Position numbers and translations under genes: made by a program
Assembly (NCBI GenBank): GCA_050696635.1
Contig: JBOGYE010000259.1
Coordinates: 503-64,502 of the forward strand
Direction: 5' to 3'
DNA: 64,000 bases
Origin: Solirubrobacteraceae bacterium
Lineage (GTDB): Bacteria; Actinomycetota; Thermoleophilia; Solirubrobacterales; Solirubrobacteraceae
Notes under the pieces: generated by a model
Told to the model about the DNA's origin: nothing
What the model saw: only the letters and a program-made list of their open reading frames with translations
Database searches by the model: none
In this document: positions 48,043 through 57,385 of the stretch, piece after piece
Layout of the letters: each line of letters begins with the position of its first letter
Position numbering within the stretch: position 1 is the first letter of the stretch

Positions 48043-49482
48043 GTGGTCTTCTCCTCGATCGAGTTCCTGTGGTTCTTCTTCCCGGCCGTGCTCGTGCTGT
48101 ACGTGCTGACGCCGCCGGGCTGGCGCAACACGGTGTTGGCGCTGTCGAGTCTGGTGTTCTACGCCTGGGGCGCGCACGCGATCGTCTACGTGTTCCTGCT
48201 CAGCATGGCGATCAACTACACCGCCGGGCTGGCGATCGTGGCGCTGCGAGGACGCGGCCGGAACGGCGCCGCGACCGCGGCGATGTGGATCGCGATCGTC
48301 CTGGACCTGCTGACCCTGGCGATCTGGAAGTACACCGTGTTCGCCGTCGGCCAACTCAACGGCGTGCTCGGTTGGCTGGGCGATCCGCACGCGATCGGGC
48401 TGCCGTCGATCACGCTGCCGATCGGGATCTCGTTCTTCACCTTCCATGCGATCAGCTACGTGGTGGACACGCATCGCGGGCACGCGATGCCGATGCGCCG
48501 GCCCCAGGATTTCGCCCAGTACATGGCGTTCTTCCCGCAGCTGATCGCCGGGCCGATCATCCGCTATCACCAGATCGAGGACCAGATCCGCAAGCCGCCG
48601 CCGCGCTCGCAACGCCTGGAGCACCTGGCCGACGGCTTCCCGCGGTTCGCACTGGGGCTGTGCAAGAAGGTCCTGATCGCCGACAAGGTCGGGCCGGTCG
48701 CCGACGCTGCGTTCTCCCACACGCACACGCTGACGACGACGGCGGCGTGGATCGGTGCGCTTGCCTACACGGTGCAGATCTACTTCGACTTCTCGGGCTA
48801 CAGCGACATGGCGATCGGGATGGCGCGGATGTTCGGCTTCCGTTTCCCGGAGAACTTCGACCGCCCGTACTCGTCGGTATCGCTGACCGACTTCTGGCGC
48901 CGTTGGCACATCACGCTGTCGCGCTGGTTCAAGGACTACGTCTACATCCCGCTCGGCGGCAACCGTGGCACCCTGTCGCGGACCTCGTTCAACCTGCTGT
49001 TCGTGTTCCTGCTGACCGGGATGTGGCACGGCGCCGCTTGGTCGTTCATCCTCTGGGGCGTCTACAACGGGGTGGTGCTCGTGATCGAGCGCGTCAGCGG
49101 GATCGCGCGCTGGCCCGACGAGCGCCTGATGGTGGCGCGCCGCGCCGTGACGCTGCTGCTGGTGGTGCTCGGCTGGGTGCTGTTCCGCGCCCACACGCTC
49201 GGCGACGCCGGCCGGGTGTACGCCGCCATGGTCCCGGCTCACTTCGGTGCGCTGACGCCCGCGGTCCACGCGGCGCTGACCCGCGAGCCGGCTCTGGCGC
49301 TGATCGTTGGTCTGCTCAGCTGCCTGCTGCCGCGTGCGTTCGTGCTGGGGCGGGTGGTCGAGGACGGTCGCTGGGCCGGCATCCCGCTGCTGGCCAGAGC
49401 CGCCGTGCTCGCGTTCGTGCCGCTCGCGACGATCAGCGTCGCCGCCGGCAGCTTCAGCCCCTTCCTCTACTTCCGCTTCTAA
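48043..49482 (+). CDS. MBOAT family O-acyltransferase (AlgI/PatA-like)
   Basis: LPIGISFFTF, FFPQLIAGPI, QIYFDFSGYSDMAIG, DFWRRWHITLSRWF, GMWHGA, PFLYFRF. Start GTG 48043. Confidence 0.95.
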   Translation: MVFSSIEFLWFFFPAVLVLYVLTPPGWRNTVLALSSLVFYAWGAHAIVYVFLLSMAINYTAGLAIVALRGRGRNGAATAAMWIAIVLDLLTLAIWKYTVFAVGQLNGVLGWLGDPHAIGLPSITLPIGISFFTFHAISYVVDTHRGHAMPMRRPQDFAQYMAFFPQLIAGPIIRYHQIEDQIRKPPPRSQRLEHLADGFPRFALGLCKKVLIADKVGPVADAAFSHTHTLTTTAAWIGALAYTVQIYFDFSGYSDMAIGMARMFGFRFPENFDRPYSSVSLTDFWRRWHITLSRWFKDYVYIPLGGNRGTLSRTSFNLLFVFLLTGMWHGAAWSFILWGVYNGVVLVIERVSGIARWPDERLMVARRAVTLLLVVLGWVLFRAHTLGDAGRVYAAMVPAHFGALTPAVHAALTREPALALIVGLLSCLLPRAFVLGRVVEDGRWAGIPLLARAAVLAFVPLATISVAAGSFSPFLYFRF

Positions 49483-49646
49483 GTGCTCGCCGCCATGAGT
49501 ACCGTCCCATTCGAGCGTCCTCTGACGGTGCCCGGCGGCGTCCTCGGATCTCGCTGTAGCGCCGCTACAGCTTCTTCGATCCTGCGTCCTGGCCGAGCAC
49601 CGTCAGCGGCCACTCTCGGTGGGACGCCACTTACGGCGGAGAGCAC
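49483..49646. mobile_element. MITE/ERIC-like long hairpin insertion (164 bp) with TAA target duplication
   Basis: Nested inverted repeats gtgctc/gagcac, cgtccca/tgggacg, ctgacggtgcccggc/gccgagcaccgtcag, gctgtagc/gctacagc. TAA at 49480-49482 and 49647-49649. Confidence 0.7.
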
Positions 49647-49652
49647 TAACTG

Positions 49653-50879
49653 ATGCGCCCCGGCCCCGCCCGCCTGGTCGTCGCCGCCCTGGCGGCCGTG
49701 TTCTTCTTCGTGCCGCTGGCGCTGATCGCCGGCGGGTGGCGCGCGCACGCGTTCGAGAACCGACCGTTGGAGCCGGCGCCGACCCTGTCTGAGGGCTTCA
49801 ACGGATTCGATGTCGCCACCCGCTACCTGATCGACCGCCTGCCGCTGCGCGACCAGGCGGTGCACGCCAACACCTGGATCGACGAGCACGTGTTCGCCAC
49901 GACCCCCTTCTATGACCAGAACAGCCTCGGCGGTGTCAGCTCGGATCAGGCCGCGCTCCCGTTCAGCGGCAGCACCGCGCAGGATCGCGCGACGGTCGCC
50001 GCCGCCGGCGCCGGCGCCACCACCACCGGCAAGCAGACCGCCCAGCCGCCGGCGACCGCCAGCCAGGTGACCGTCGGAACCCACGGCTGGTACTTCCTGC
50101 AGGGCGTTCTGCAGCGCGCCTGCTCGCCGTTTGAGTCGTTCTCGGCGGCCGCCGCCGAGTGGGAGCGCCTGCTGGCCGTGATCCGTGCCAGCGGCCGGCG
50201 CGCGGTGCTGATCGTCGCACCCGACAAGTCGACGATCTACCCGGAGTACCTGTCGCCGCTGGACTCGCTGGATCGTTGCGGCCAGATCGGCTCAGACGCG
50301 CTGTGGGCGCAGATTGAGAGTGCGACCGCGCGGCGCGACGGGATCATCGGCCTGCGCAAGCCGCTTGAGGCGATCAAGCGCCAATCGACGACGCTGCTGT
50401 ACTACAAGACCGATTCGCACTGGAACAACGTCGGTTCGCTGACGATGGCGCAGGCGGTGCTGCCCGCGCTCAGCCGCACGGTGCGGATGCGCCACTCGGA
50501 GATCGTCGACAGCGGCTACTCGAAGTACAGCGGAGACCTGCTCGGCCTGCTGGGTCAGACCGGCTCGGAGATGGCGCCATCGGTGGCGATCCACCGGGCG
50601 CCCGGCGCGCCGGTGATCGCCGCCCCGACGCTCGTGCTCGGCGACTCCTACGAGGACGCCGCGATCCCCGAGATGGCGCCCTTCTTCGCCCGCCTGAGAT
50701 CGCTGAACTTCAACGAGGCGAACGCCGCGGCGCAGGCGAAGGCGATCGCGGCGGCCCATGACGTGGTGCTGGAGACCGTCGAGCGCGAGTTCGACTACCG
50801 CGCGACCTCGGTCGGCTTCGTGGCGCCGGCGTTCGTTGCGCTCGTGCGCCGCACGCTGGCCGCCCATCCGCTGCGCTGA
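49653..50879 (+). CDS. AlgJ/AlgX-like SGNH O-acetyltransferase
   Basis: N-terminal TM, ENRPL, APDKSTIYPEYL, YYKTDSHWN, LGDSY, ETVERE. Confidence 0.85.
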   Translation: MRPGPARLVVAALAAVFFFVPLALIAGGWRAHAFENRPLEPAPTLSEGFNGFDVATRYLIDRLPLRDQAVHANTWIDEHVFATTPFYDQNSLGGVSSDQAALPFSGSTAQDRATVAAAGAGATTTGKQTAQPPATASQVTVGTHGWYFLQGVLQRACSPFESFSAAAAEWERLLAVIRASGRRAVLIVAPDKSTIYPEYLSPLDSLDRCGQIGSDALWAQIESATARRDGIIGLRKPLEAIKRQSTTLLYYKTDSHWNNVGSLTMAQAVLPALSRTVRMRHSEIVDSGYSKYSGDLLGLLGQTGSEMAPSVAIHRAPGAPVIAAPTLVLGDSYEDAAIPEMAPFFARLRSLNFNEANAAAQAKAIAAAHDVVLETVEREFDYRATSVGFVAPAFVALVRRTLAAHPLR

Positions 50880-50910
50880 GGGGCCCCTGGGCTGCCGCGT
50901 CCAGCGTACG

Positions 50911-52932
50911 TCAGAGCTCGACCTGCGAGCCGGTCATCACGGTTCGGTGGGGCGGCAGCCCGAACTGGTCGATCGGGCTGGCGGCGTTACGTGCCATCGC
51001 GATGAAGAGCCGCTTGCGCCAGCGTGCCATGCTCCTGGCGCCGCCGGGCAGGATCGTCATCCGCGAGATGAAGTAGTGCGCGTGCTCGAGGTCGAAGTTG
51101 CGGTCCAGGAAGCCCGCCTTGCGCGCCAGCACGAGCGCCTGGGGCAGCTGCCACGTGTCGCGGTATCCGGCCCGGATGGTCAGGTGCGTGGCCTTGAACA
51201 GTCCGCTACCGACTCTGCGCACCGCGAAGCGGTCACCTGCGGCTACGTGTGGCACGCCGACGGGCGCGACCGTGGCGATCAGAACGCGCTCCTGCAGCGC
51301 GTGGTTGTGCTCGACCAGCGTTCGCATCGCCAGGGGCGTCGTCTCGCTCCCAGGAGCGACGTAGATCGCTGTGCCCGGGAGGCGGATGACGGGGGGCCGG
51401 GCGACCCGCGCCCGGTCCAGGAACTCCTCCAGCGACCCCTCCGCCTCGATCCGGTTGCGGGTCACTATCTGCGCCCCGCGGCGCCAGGTGGCCATCAGGC
51501 CGGCGACTGCCAGTCCGACCGCCAGCGACAGGTAGGCGCCGTCGGCGAGCTTGGCCATGTTGGAGGTGAAGAACGCCATTTCGACGGCCAGCAGCGTCAA
51601 CCCGAGGGCCGCCAGCAGCCAGCGTGGCGCATGCCAGCGCGTGCGCGCGACCACGACGAACAGGATCGTGTTGAGGATGAAGGTCCCCGTGACCGCGACC
51701 CCGTAGATATCGCCCAGGCGGTTCGAGCTGCGGAACGCGAGCACAAGCGCGACGACACCGGCGCACAGCAGCCAGTTGATCGACGGCACGTAGATCTGGC
51801 CCTCCTGGTTTGATGTGTGGACGATCCGTAGGCGCGGCAACAGGCCGAGCGAGACCGCCTGCCTGGCGACCGAGAAGGAGCCGGTGAGAGCCGCCTGCGA
51901 GGCGATGATCGTCGCCAGCGTCGCCAGGACGACCATCGGCAGCAGCAGGGGGCGTGGGATCAGCTGGAAGAACGGGTCAAACGAGGGCGTGGAGACGATG
52001 CGAGGGCGGTTCAGGATCAGCGCCGCCTGCCCGAGGTAGGAGAGCATCACCGCCGGCAGCACGATTGACAGCCACGTCACACGGATCGGAGCCGCGCCGA
52101 AGTGGCCGCGGTCGGCGTACAGAGCCTCGGCTCCGGTGCAGCAGAGCACGACCCCGCCGAGCGTCAGCCACCCGGCGGCGCCGTGGTCGAGCATGAACCG
52201 CGCGCCCCAGATGGGGTAGAGGCCCTCGAGCACCGAGGGCTGACGCAGCAGTTCACGCAGGCCGAAGCCGGCGATCGCCCCGAAGAACGTGAGGATCACC
52301 GGGCCGAACAGACGGCCCACCGCCCCCGTGCCCCATCGCTGGGCCGTGAACAGAGCGATCAGGATCGCGAGCGAGAGCGGGACCACCAGGCGAGACAGGC
52401 TCGGGCTGACGACGCTTAGGCCGCCGACCGCGGAAGTGACCGAGATCGCGGGCGTGATCATCCCGTCGCCGAAGAACAGTCCGGCGCCGAAGACCCCGAG
52501 CATGACCAGCAGTCCCGTGCGCCCGATGCGGTGACGTGCGACCAGCGCGGTCAGCGCCATGATCCCGCCGTCGCCACGGTTGTGAGCCCGCATGATCACG
52601 CCCGCGTATTTGATCGACACCTCGATCGTCAGCGTCCAGAAGATCAGCGACACGATTCCGTAGACCCCCGCGACGTCTGCGTGAGCGGCATCCCGGTGGG
52701 CGGTGAAGATGAACTGCTGTGTGTAGAGCGGGCTTGTGCCGATGTCTCCGAACACGACCCCCAGCGCGCCCAGCGCCAGCGCGGCGCGGCCGGCGCGCGC
52801 GACGACGTCCCGGTTCTCGTCGGTCGCGGCCAGCAGTTCCGCGGACGGCTCGTCGCCCTGACGAGTCGGGGCGGGCAGCCGCCGATCGCCGAGCTTGTGC
52901 GCAGCCTCGTTGAGGCTGCGGGTGGAGCTCAT
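50911..52932 (-). CDS. kup: KUP/HAK/KT potassium transporter (copy 1)
   Basis: GVVFGDIGTSPLY, GDGMITPAISV, GAEALYADRGHF, IASQA, GQIYVP. Start ATG 52932. Confidence 0.95.
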   Translation of the reverse strand: MSSTRSLNEAAHKLGDRRLPAPTRQGDEPSAELLAATDENRDVVARAGRAALALGALGVVFGDIGTSPLYTQQFIFTAHRDAAHADVAGVYGIVSLIFWTLTIEVSIKYAGVIMRAHNRGDGGIMALTALVARHRIGRTGLLVMLGVFGAGLFFGDGMITPAISVTSAVGGLSVVSPSLSRLVVPLSLAILIALFTAQRWGTGAVGRLFGPVILTFFGAIAGFGLRELLRQPSVLEGLYPIWGARFMLDHGAAGWLTLGGVVLCCTGAEALYADRGHFGAAPIRVTWLSIVLPAVMLSYLGQAALILNRPRIVSTPSFDPFFQLIPRPLLLPMVVLATLATIIASQAALTGSFSVARQAVSLGLLPRLRIVHTSNQEGQIYVPSINWLLCAGVVALVLAFRSSNRLGDIYGVAVTGTFILNTILFVVVARTRWHAPRWLLAALGLTLLAVEMAFFTSNMAKLADGAYLSLAVGLAVAGLMATWRRGAQIVTRNRIEAEGSLEEFLDRARVARPPVIRLPGTAIYVAPGSETTPLAMRTLVEHNHALQERVLIATVAPVGVPHVAAGDRFAVRRVGSGLFKATHLTIRAGYRDTWQLPQALVLARKAGFLDRNFDLEHAHYFISRMTILPGGARSMARWRKRLFIAMARNAASPIDQFGLPPHRTVMTGSQVEL

Positions 52933-52995
52933 CGCGCGACCCGCCCTGCAGCGATCCTGCCGCCGTTGCTCATGTCCTGATCGTCGGACGCGACG

Positions 52996-53044
52996 TATCA
53001 AGGATGCGTGCAGGATCACCCTGCGCGCATCAAGATCCTGTGAA
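52996..53044 (-). promoter_or_regulatory. Two candidate KdpE/OmpR-type direct-repeat boxes upstream of kup copy 1
   Basis: On the minus strand: TTCACA-N5-TTGATG (53044-53028) and TGCACG-N5-TTGATA (53012-52996), each with 11-bp half-site spacing. Confidence 0.35.
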
Positions 53045-53061
53045 GGCCCCGGCCTCGGCCG

Positions 53062-55143
53062 TCAGAGCTCGACCTGCGAGCCCGTCATCACGGTTCTGTG
53101 GGGCGGCAGCCCGAACTGGTCGATCGGGCTGGCGGCGTTACGCGCCATCGCGATGAACAGTCGCTTGCGCCAGCGCGCCATGCTCTTGGCGCCGCTTGGC
53201 AGGATCGTCATCCGCGAGATGAAGTAGTGCGCGTGCTCGAGGTCGAAGTTGCGGTCCAGGAAGCCCTGCTTGCGGGCGAGCGCGATCGCCGCCGGCACGT
53301 GGCGGGAGTCGTGGTAGCCGACGCGGACGATCAGGTGGGTGATCTTGAACAGGCCGGAGCCGAGCATCTCAGACGTGAACCGGTCCCTGCGGTCGACGGT
53401 TCGGATCGAGATCGCGTCGAACGACACGAGCAGCACCTTCTCGTGGAACGCGTGGCTGTGATCGACCTCCGCGCGCATCGCCAGCGGGGTTGTCGCCTTG
53501 CCCGGGTTGAGGAAGATCGCGGTCCCCGGGAGCCGCACGATCGGTGGCCTGACCGCCTTCAGGCCCTCCAGGAACAGCTCCAGCGACCCCTCGGTCTCGG
53601 TCCGGTTGTGCGTCACCGTGTCGCGGCCCTTGCGCCAGGTCACCATCAGCATCGCGACGCCGATCCCGACTAGCAGCGGCAGCCAAGCCCCGTGCGTGAC
53701 CTTGCTCAGGTTGGCGCTGAAGAACGCGACCTCGACCGTGTAGAAGGCCGCGCCCAGCAGCGCGATCCGTCGCCACGACAGATTCCACAGCGCGCGGGCG
53801 ACGGCGAGGAACAGGGTCGTGTCGCAGATGAAGGTCCCGGTCACCGCGACTCCGTAGATGTCGGCCAGGTGCTCGGAGCTGCGGAACACGAGCACCAGCG
53901 CGACGACGCCGAGGCACAGCAGCCAGTTGATCAGCGGCACGTAGATCTGGCCCTCGAGCTCGGAGGTGTGCACGATCCGCAGCGGTGGCAGGAAGCCGAG
54001 CTGGACGGCCTGCTTGGCGACCGAGAAGGAGCCGGTGAGAGCCGCCTGCGAGGCGATGATCGTGGCCGCGGTGGCGAGCACCACCATCGGCACCTGCCCC
54101 CAGCTGGGGACCAGCTGGAAGAACGGGTTGAAGTGCGCCTGATGCACGCTGGCGGGGTGCTCGAGGATCAGCGCGCTCTGTCCAAGGTAGGACAGCAGCA
54201 CCGCCGGCAGCACGACGGCGAACCAGGTCATCCGGATCGGGCCGGCGCCGAAGTGGCCGCGGTCGGCGTACAGCGCCTCGGCGCCGGTCACGCACAGCAC
54301 GACCGCGCCCAGCGTCAGCCACCCCTGAACGCCGTTATCGACCAGGAACTGGACGCCGTAGCTCGGCGAGAGCCCCTTCAGCACGCCGGGGTGCCCGATC
54401 ACCTCGTGCGCCCCGAGCACGGCGATCACGACGAAGAACAGCAGGATCACGGGGCCGAACAGCCATCCCACCGCACCGGTCCCGAACCGCTGCACGGCAA
54501 ACAGCGTGACCAGGATCACCAGCGAGATCGGCACGACCAGGTTCGCCAGCCCCGGCGCGGCGACCTCGAGCCCACCGACCGCCGAGGTGACCGAGATCGC
54601 CGGCGTGACCATCCCGTCGCCGAGGAACAGCCCGGCGCCGACCAGTCCGATCGTCAGCAGCGCCGCGGCGCGGGGAACTCGGCGGCGCTGCAGCAGCGCG
54701 CCGAGCGCCATCACGCCGCCGTCGCCACGGTTGTGGGCGCGCATGATCAACCAGGCGTACTTGACCGAGACCTCGATGATCAGCGCCCAGAAGATCAGCG
54801 ACGCGATCCCGTAGACGCCGGCCACGTTCGGGTGCGCGGCGTCGGCGTGCTGATGGAAGATCGTCTGCTCGGTGTACAGCGGGCTGGTCCCCAGATCGCC
54901 GAACACGACGCCGAGCGCGCCGAGTCCGAGCACGATCTTGCCGGCGTGGGCGACGACGTCACGGTCGTCGTCTTCGGCCGCCCGGATCTTCTCCGACGGC
55001 CCGGTCTCCTTGCGCGGCTCGGGCTCGACCGGCCAATAGCCGAGCTTGTGGGCGGCCTCGTTGAGGGTACGCCGGCCACGCAGCTTGGCCGTATCGACGC
55101 GCTCCTGGTCGGGAGTGGTCTGCGGACCGGGGGGCGTGCTCAT
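53062..55143 (-). CDS. kup: KUP/HAK/KT potassium transporter (copy 2)
   Basis: GVVFGDLGTSPLY, GDGMVTPAISV, GAEALYADRGHF. Start ATG 55143. Confidence 0.95.
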   Translation of the reverse strand: MSTPPGPQTTPDQERVDTAKLRGRRTLNEAAHKLGYWPVEPEPRKETGPSEKIRAAEDDDRDVVAHAGKIVLGLGALGVVFGDLGTSPLYTEQTIFHQHADAAHPNVAGVYGIASLIFWALIIEVSVKYAWLIMRAHNRGDGGVMALGALLQRRRVPRAAALLTIGLVGAGLFLGDGMVTPAISVTSAVGGLEVAAPGLANLVVPISLVILVTLFAVQRFGTGAVGWLFGPVILLFFVVIAVLGAHEVIGHPGVLKGLSPSYGVQFLVDNGVQGWLTLGAVVLCVTGAEALYADRGHFGAGPIRMTWFAVVLPAVLLSYLGQSALILEHPASVHQAHFNPFFQLVPSWGQVPMVVLATAATIIASQAALTGSFSVAKQAVQLGFLPPLRIVHTSELEGQIYVPLINWLLCLGVVALVLVFRSSEHLADIYGVAVTGTFICDTTLFLAVARALWNLSWRRIALLGAAFYTVEVAFFSANLSKVTHGAWLPLLVGIGVAMLMVTWRKGRDTVTHNRTETEGSLELFLEGLKAVRPPIVRLPGTAIFLNPGKATTPLAMRAEVDHSHAFHEKVLLVSFDAISIRTVDRRDRFTSEMLGSGLFKITHLIVRVGYHDSRHVPAAIALARKQGFLDRNFDLEHAHYFISRMTILPSGAKSMARWRKRLFIAMARNAASPIDQFGLPPHRTVMTGSQVEL

Positions 55144-55216
55144 CTGTGGTCCCTGAGAGGTTGCTGTGGGCGCGGCATCCGTTCCGAGGGGCAGGTTACC
55201 CAGGGCGGACCGGACC

Positions 55217-55921
55217 TCATGCCGCGAACCGGTAGCCGACCCCGGGGTCGGTCCGGATATAACGGTGACTGCCACCGGCGCCCGGCTCCACAGGTTCGAT
55301 CTTGCGCCGCAGATTGGCGATGTGGGCGCGCAGCACCTGGGTGTCCTGCGCGTAGCCCTGCCCCCACACGGTCGTCAACAGCTCCCGGTGGGTCATCAGG
55401 CGTCCCCGGTTGCGCGCCAGCTGGCGCAGCAGGTCGAACTCGGTCGGCGTCAGGTGCACCTCATCGCCGGCGAGCGCCACGATCCGCGAGCCGAGGTCGA
55501 TCGTCAGCTCGCCGGCGGTGATCACCGACTCCTCGCGTTCGGGTCCGACCCGTCGCAGGCTCGCCTCCAGTCGCGCGATCAGCTCGCGCGGTCCGAACGG
55601 CTTGGTGACGTAATCATCGGCGCCGGCTGCCAGCGCCCTCACCTTGGCGTCCTCGTCCCCGACTGCGGACAGGAGGATCAGCGGCATGTCCGACCACTCG
55701 CGCAGGCGCGCGCAGAGCGTCACCCCGTCGATGTCGGGCAGCACCAGGTCGATGATCGCCGCGCTTGGACGTGCCACGGCGGCCACGTCGAGCGCCTCTT
55801 CGCCGCTGCTGGCTGGCAGCGCCTCGTAACCGGCGTCGCGCAGGATCACGCGCAGCGCGCGAAGGATCTGCTGCTCGTCGTCGCACACCAGGACCCTGGG
55901 CCGCGGCGTCGCGCTCACCAT
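55217..55921 (-). CDS. kdpE: KdpE-like OmpR-family response regulator
   Basis: VCDDE, IIDLVLPDIDG, KVRALAAGADDYVTKPFG, VHLTPTEF, LRRKIE, TDPGVGYRF. Confidence 0.85.
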   Translation of the reverse strand: MVSATPRPRVLVCDDEQQILRALRVILRDAGYEALPASSGEEALDVAAVARPSAAIIDLVLPDIDGVTLCARLREWSDMPLILLSAVGDEDAKVRALAAGADDYVTKPFGPRELIARLEASLRRVGPEREESVITAGELTIDLGSRIVALAGDEVHLTPTEFDLLRQLARNRGRLMTHRELLTTVWGQGYAQDTQVLRAHIANLRRKIEPVEPGAGGSHRYIRTDPGVGYRFAA

Positions 55922-57381
55922 TGCGCTCCGGTCGGCAGGCGAGTGCCGCGCTCGGCGATCGGCAGCGAGACCTCGAAGCTCGTCCCGCTCCCTGGCTGTG
56001 AGCTGACCGAGATTGAGCCCCCATTTGCCTCGACGAAGCCCTTCACGATCGCCAGCCCGAGTCCGGAACCGGTCCACGCGCGCGACGCTGCGTCGCGCCC
56101 GCGATAGAAGGGCTCGAAGATCCGCGCGCGTTCGGCCGCATCGATACCGGGTCCGTGGTCGGCCACGGTGACCAGCACCTTGCCATCCGCGCGGCGCGCC
56201 CGCACGTCGACCGGAGACCCGCCACCGTAACGTCCGGCGTTCTCGAGCAGGTTGGCGAACGCGCGCTCAAGCTGGGCCGCGTCCGCGCGCACCTCCGGCA
56301 CGTCGGGATCGATCTTGATTCGCACGTGCAGCGGTCGCTCGCGCAGTCCCTCGGCGGCCGCGGAGATGAGGTCCTCGACCGACACCCACTCAGACCTGGG
56401 TCGAGCGCTTCCGGCCTGGAGCCTCGAGAGCGCCAGCAGGTTGTCAACCAGGCCCGCGAGCCGCGTGCCCTCGTCGACGACGGCCGCGCTCAGCTCGGCT
56501 CGCTCCTGGTCGGTCAGAGAGTCGGCGCCGAGCGCGTGCCCGGCCGCGACGACGGCCGTCAACGGGGTGCGGAGGTCGTGCGAGACGGCGCGCAGCAGCG
56601 CCGTCTTGAGTTCATCCGAGCGCCGCAGCGCCGCCGTCTCGACCAGCTCGGAATTCAGGGCGTCGCGTCGCTGAGCGATCGCGACCAAGGCCGAGAGCGT
56701 CGGCACGATCCGAGCCTGGAGCTGCTGTTCGGCCTGCGGCACGAGTCCGCCGGGCACCACCAGCGTCGCGAACTGGCGACCGTCGGTCCCGTGCAGCGCC
56801 AGCGCTCGCCCGCCAGGCTCCGCGGCGACGGTGCCGCTGGCGATCGTCGCATGCGCAAGACCGAGCGCGTCGGCCACACGCCGCGCTGCGCCCGCCAACG
56901 CTGCTTTGGTGTCGGCGCCCAGCAGCAGCTCGTGTGACAGCGCCGCGGCGAGGTCGGCCTCGGCGCGTCGCGCCTCCGCCTCGGAGGCCCGCGCGCGGGC
57001 CACCTCCGCGATCGTGCTCGCCACCACCGCGACGCTCGTGAACGCCGCCAGGGCCACCCAATCGCGACCGTTGACGATCGTGAACCCACCGGTGGGAGGA
57101 AGATGAAAGTAGTTGAAAGCGGCGGCGCTGAGCAGCGAGGTGAACAGACCGAACGCCAGGCCCCAGTAGGTTGAGATCAGCAACACGGCCGGCAGGTAGA
57201 CGACGCTCAGCGACACCACGGGCGCAACGGACCGCAGGAGGTAGATCGCGAACGTGGCGAGTGCCACGGCGAGCGCCGCGGCGCCCGCGCCGGTCGCACG
57301 GCCCGGCCTCCGCTGCCGCAGCACGGCGCCACCGATCCTGGCCGACCAGGTCGATCGGGGCGCGGATCCCCGGTGCGCCAT
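55915..57381 (-). CDS. KdpD-like sensor histidine kinase lacking the N-terminal KdpD/Usp domains
   Basis: 4-TM segment (AFNYFHLPP..FTI), LLRAVSHDLRTPL, NLLENA, DHGPGI, IFEPFYRG, GSGLGLAIVKGFVEA. Confidence 0.85.
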   Translation of the reverse strand: MAHRGSAPRSTWSARIGGAVLRQRRPGRATGAGAAALAVALATFAIYLLRSVAPVVSLSVVYLPAVLLISTYWGLAFGLFTSLLSAAAFNYFHLPPTGGFTIVNGRDWVALAAFTSVAVVASTIAEVARARASEAEARRAEADLAAALSHELLLGADTKAALAGAARRVADALGLAHATIASGTVAAEPGGRALALHGTDGRQFATLVVPGGLVPQAEQQLQARIVPTLSALVAIAQRRDALNSELVETAALRRSDELKTALLRAVSHDLRTPLTAVVAAGHALGADSLTDQERAELSAAVVDEGTRLAGLVDNLLALSRLQAGSARPRSEWVSVEDLISAAAEGLRERPLHVRIKIDPDVPEVRADAAQLERAFANLLENAGRYGGGSPVDVRARRADGKVLVTVADHGPGIDAAERARIFEPFYRGRDAASRAWTGSGLGLAIVKGFVEANGGSISVSSQPGSGTSFEVSLPIAERGTRLPTGAQW

Positions 57382-57385
57382 GAAC

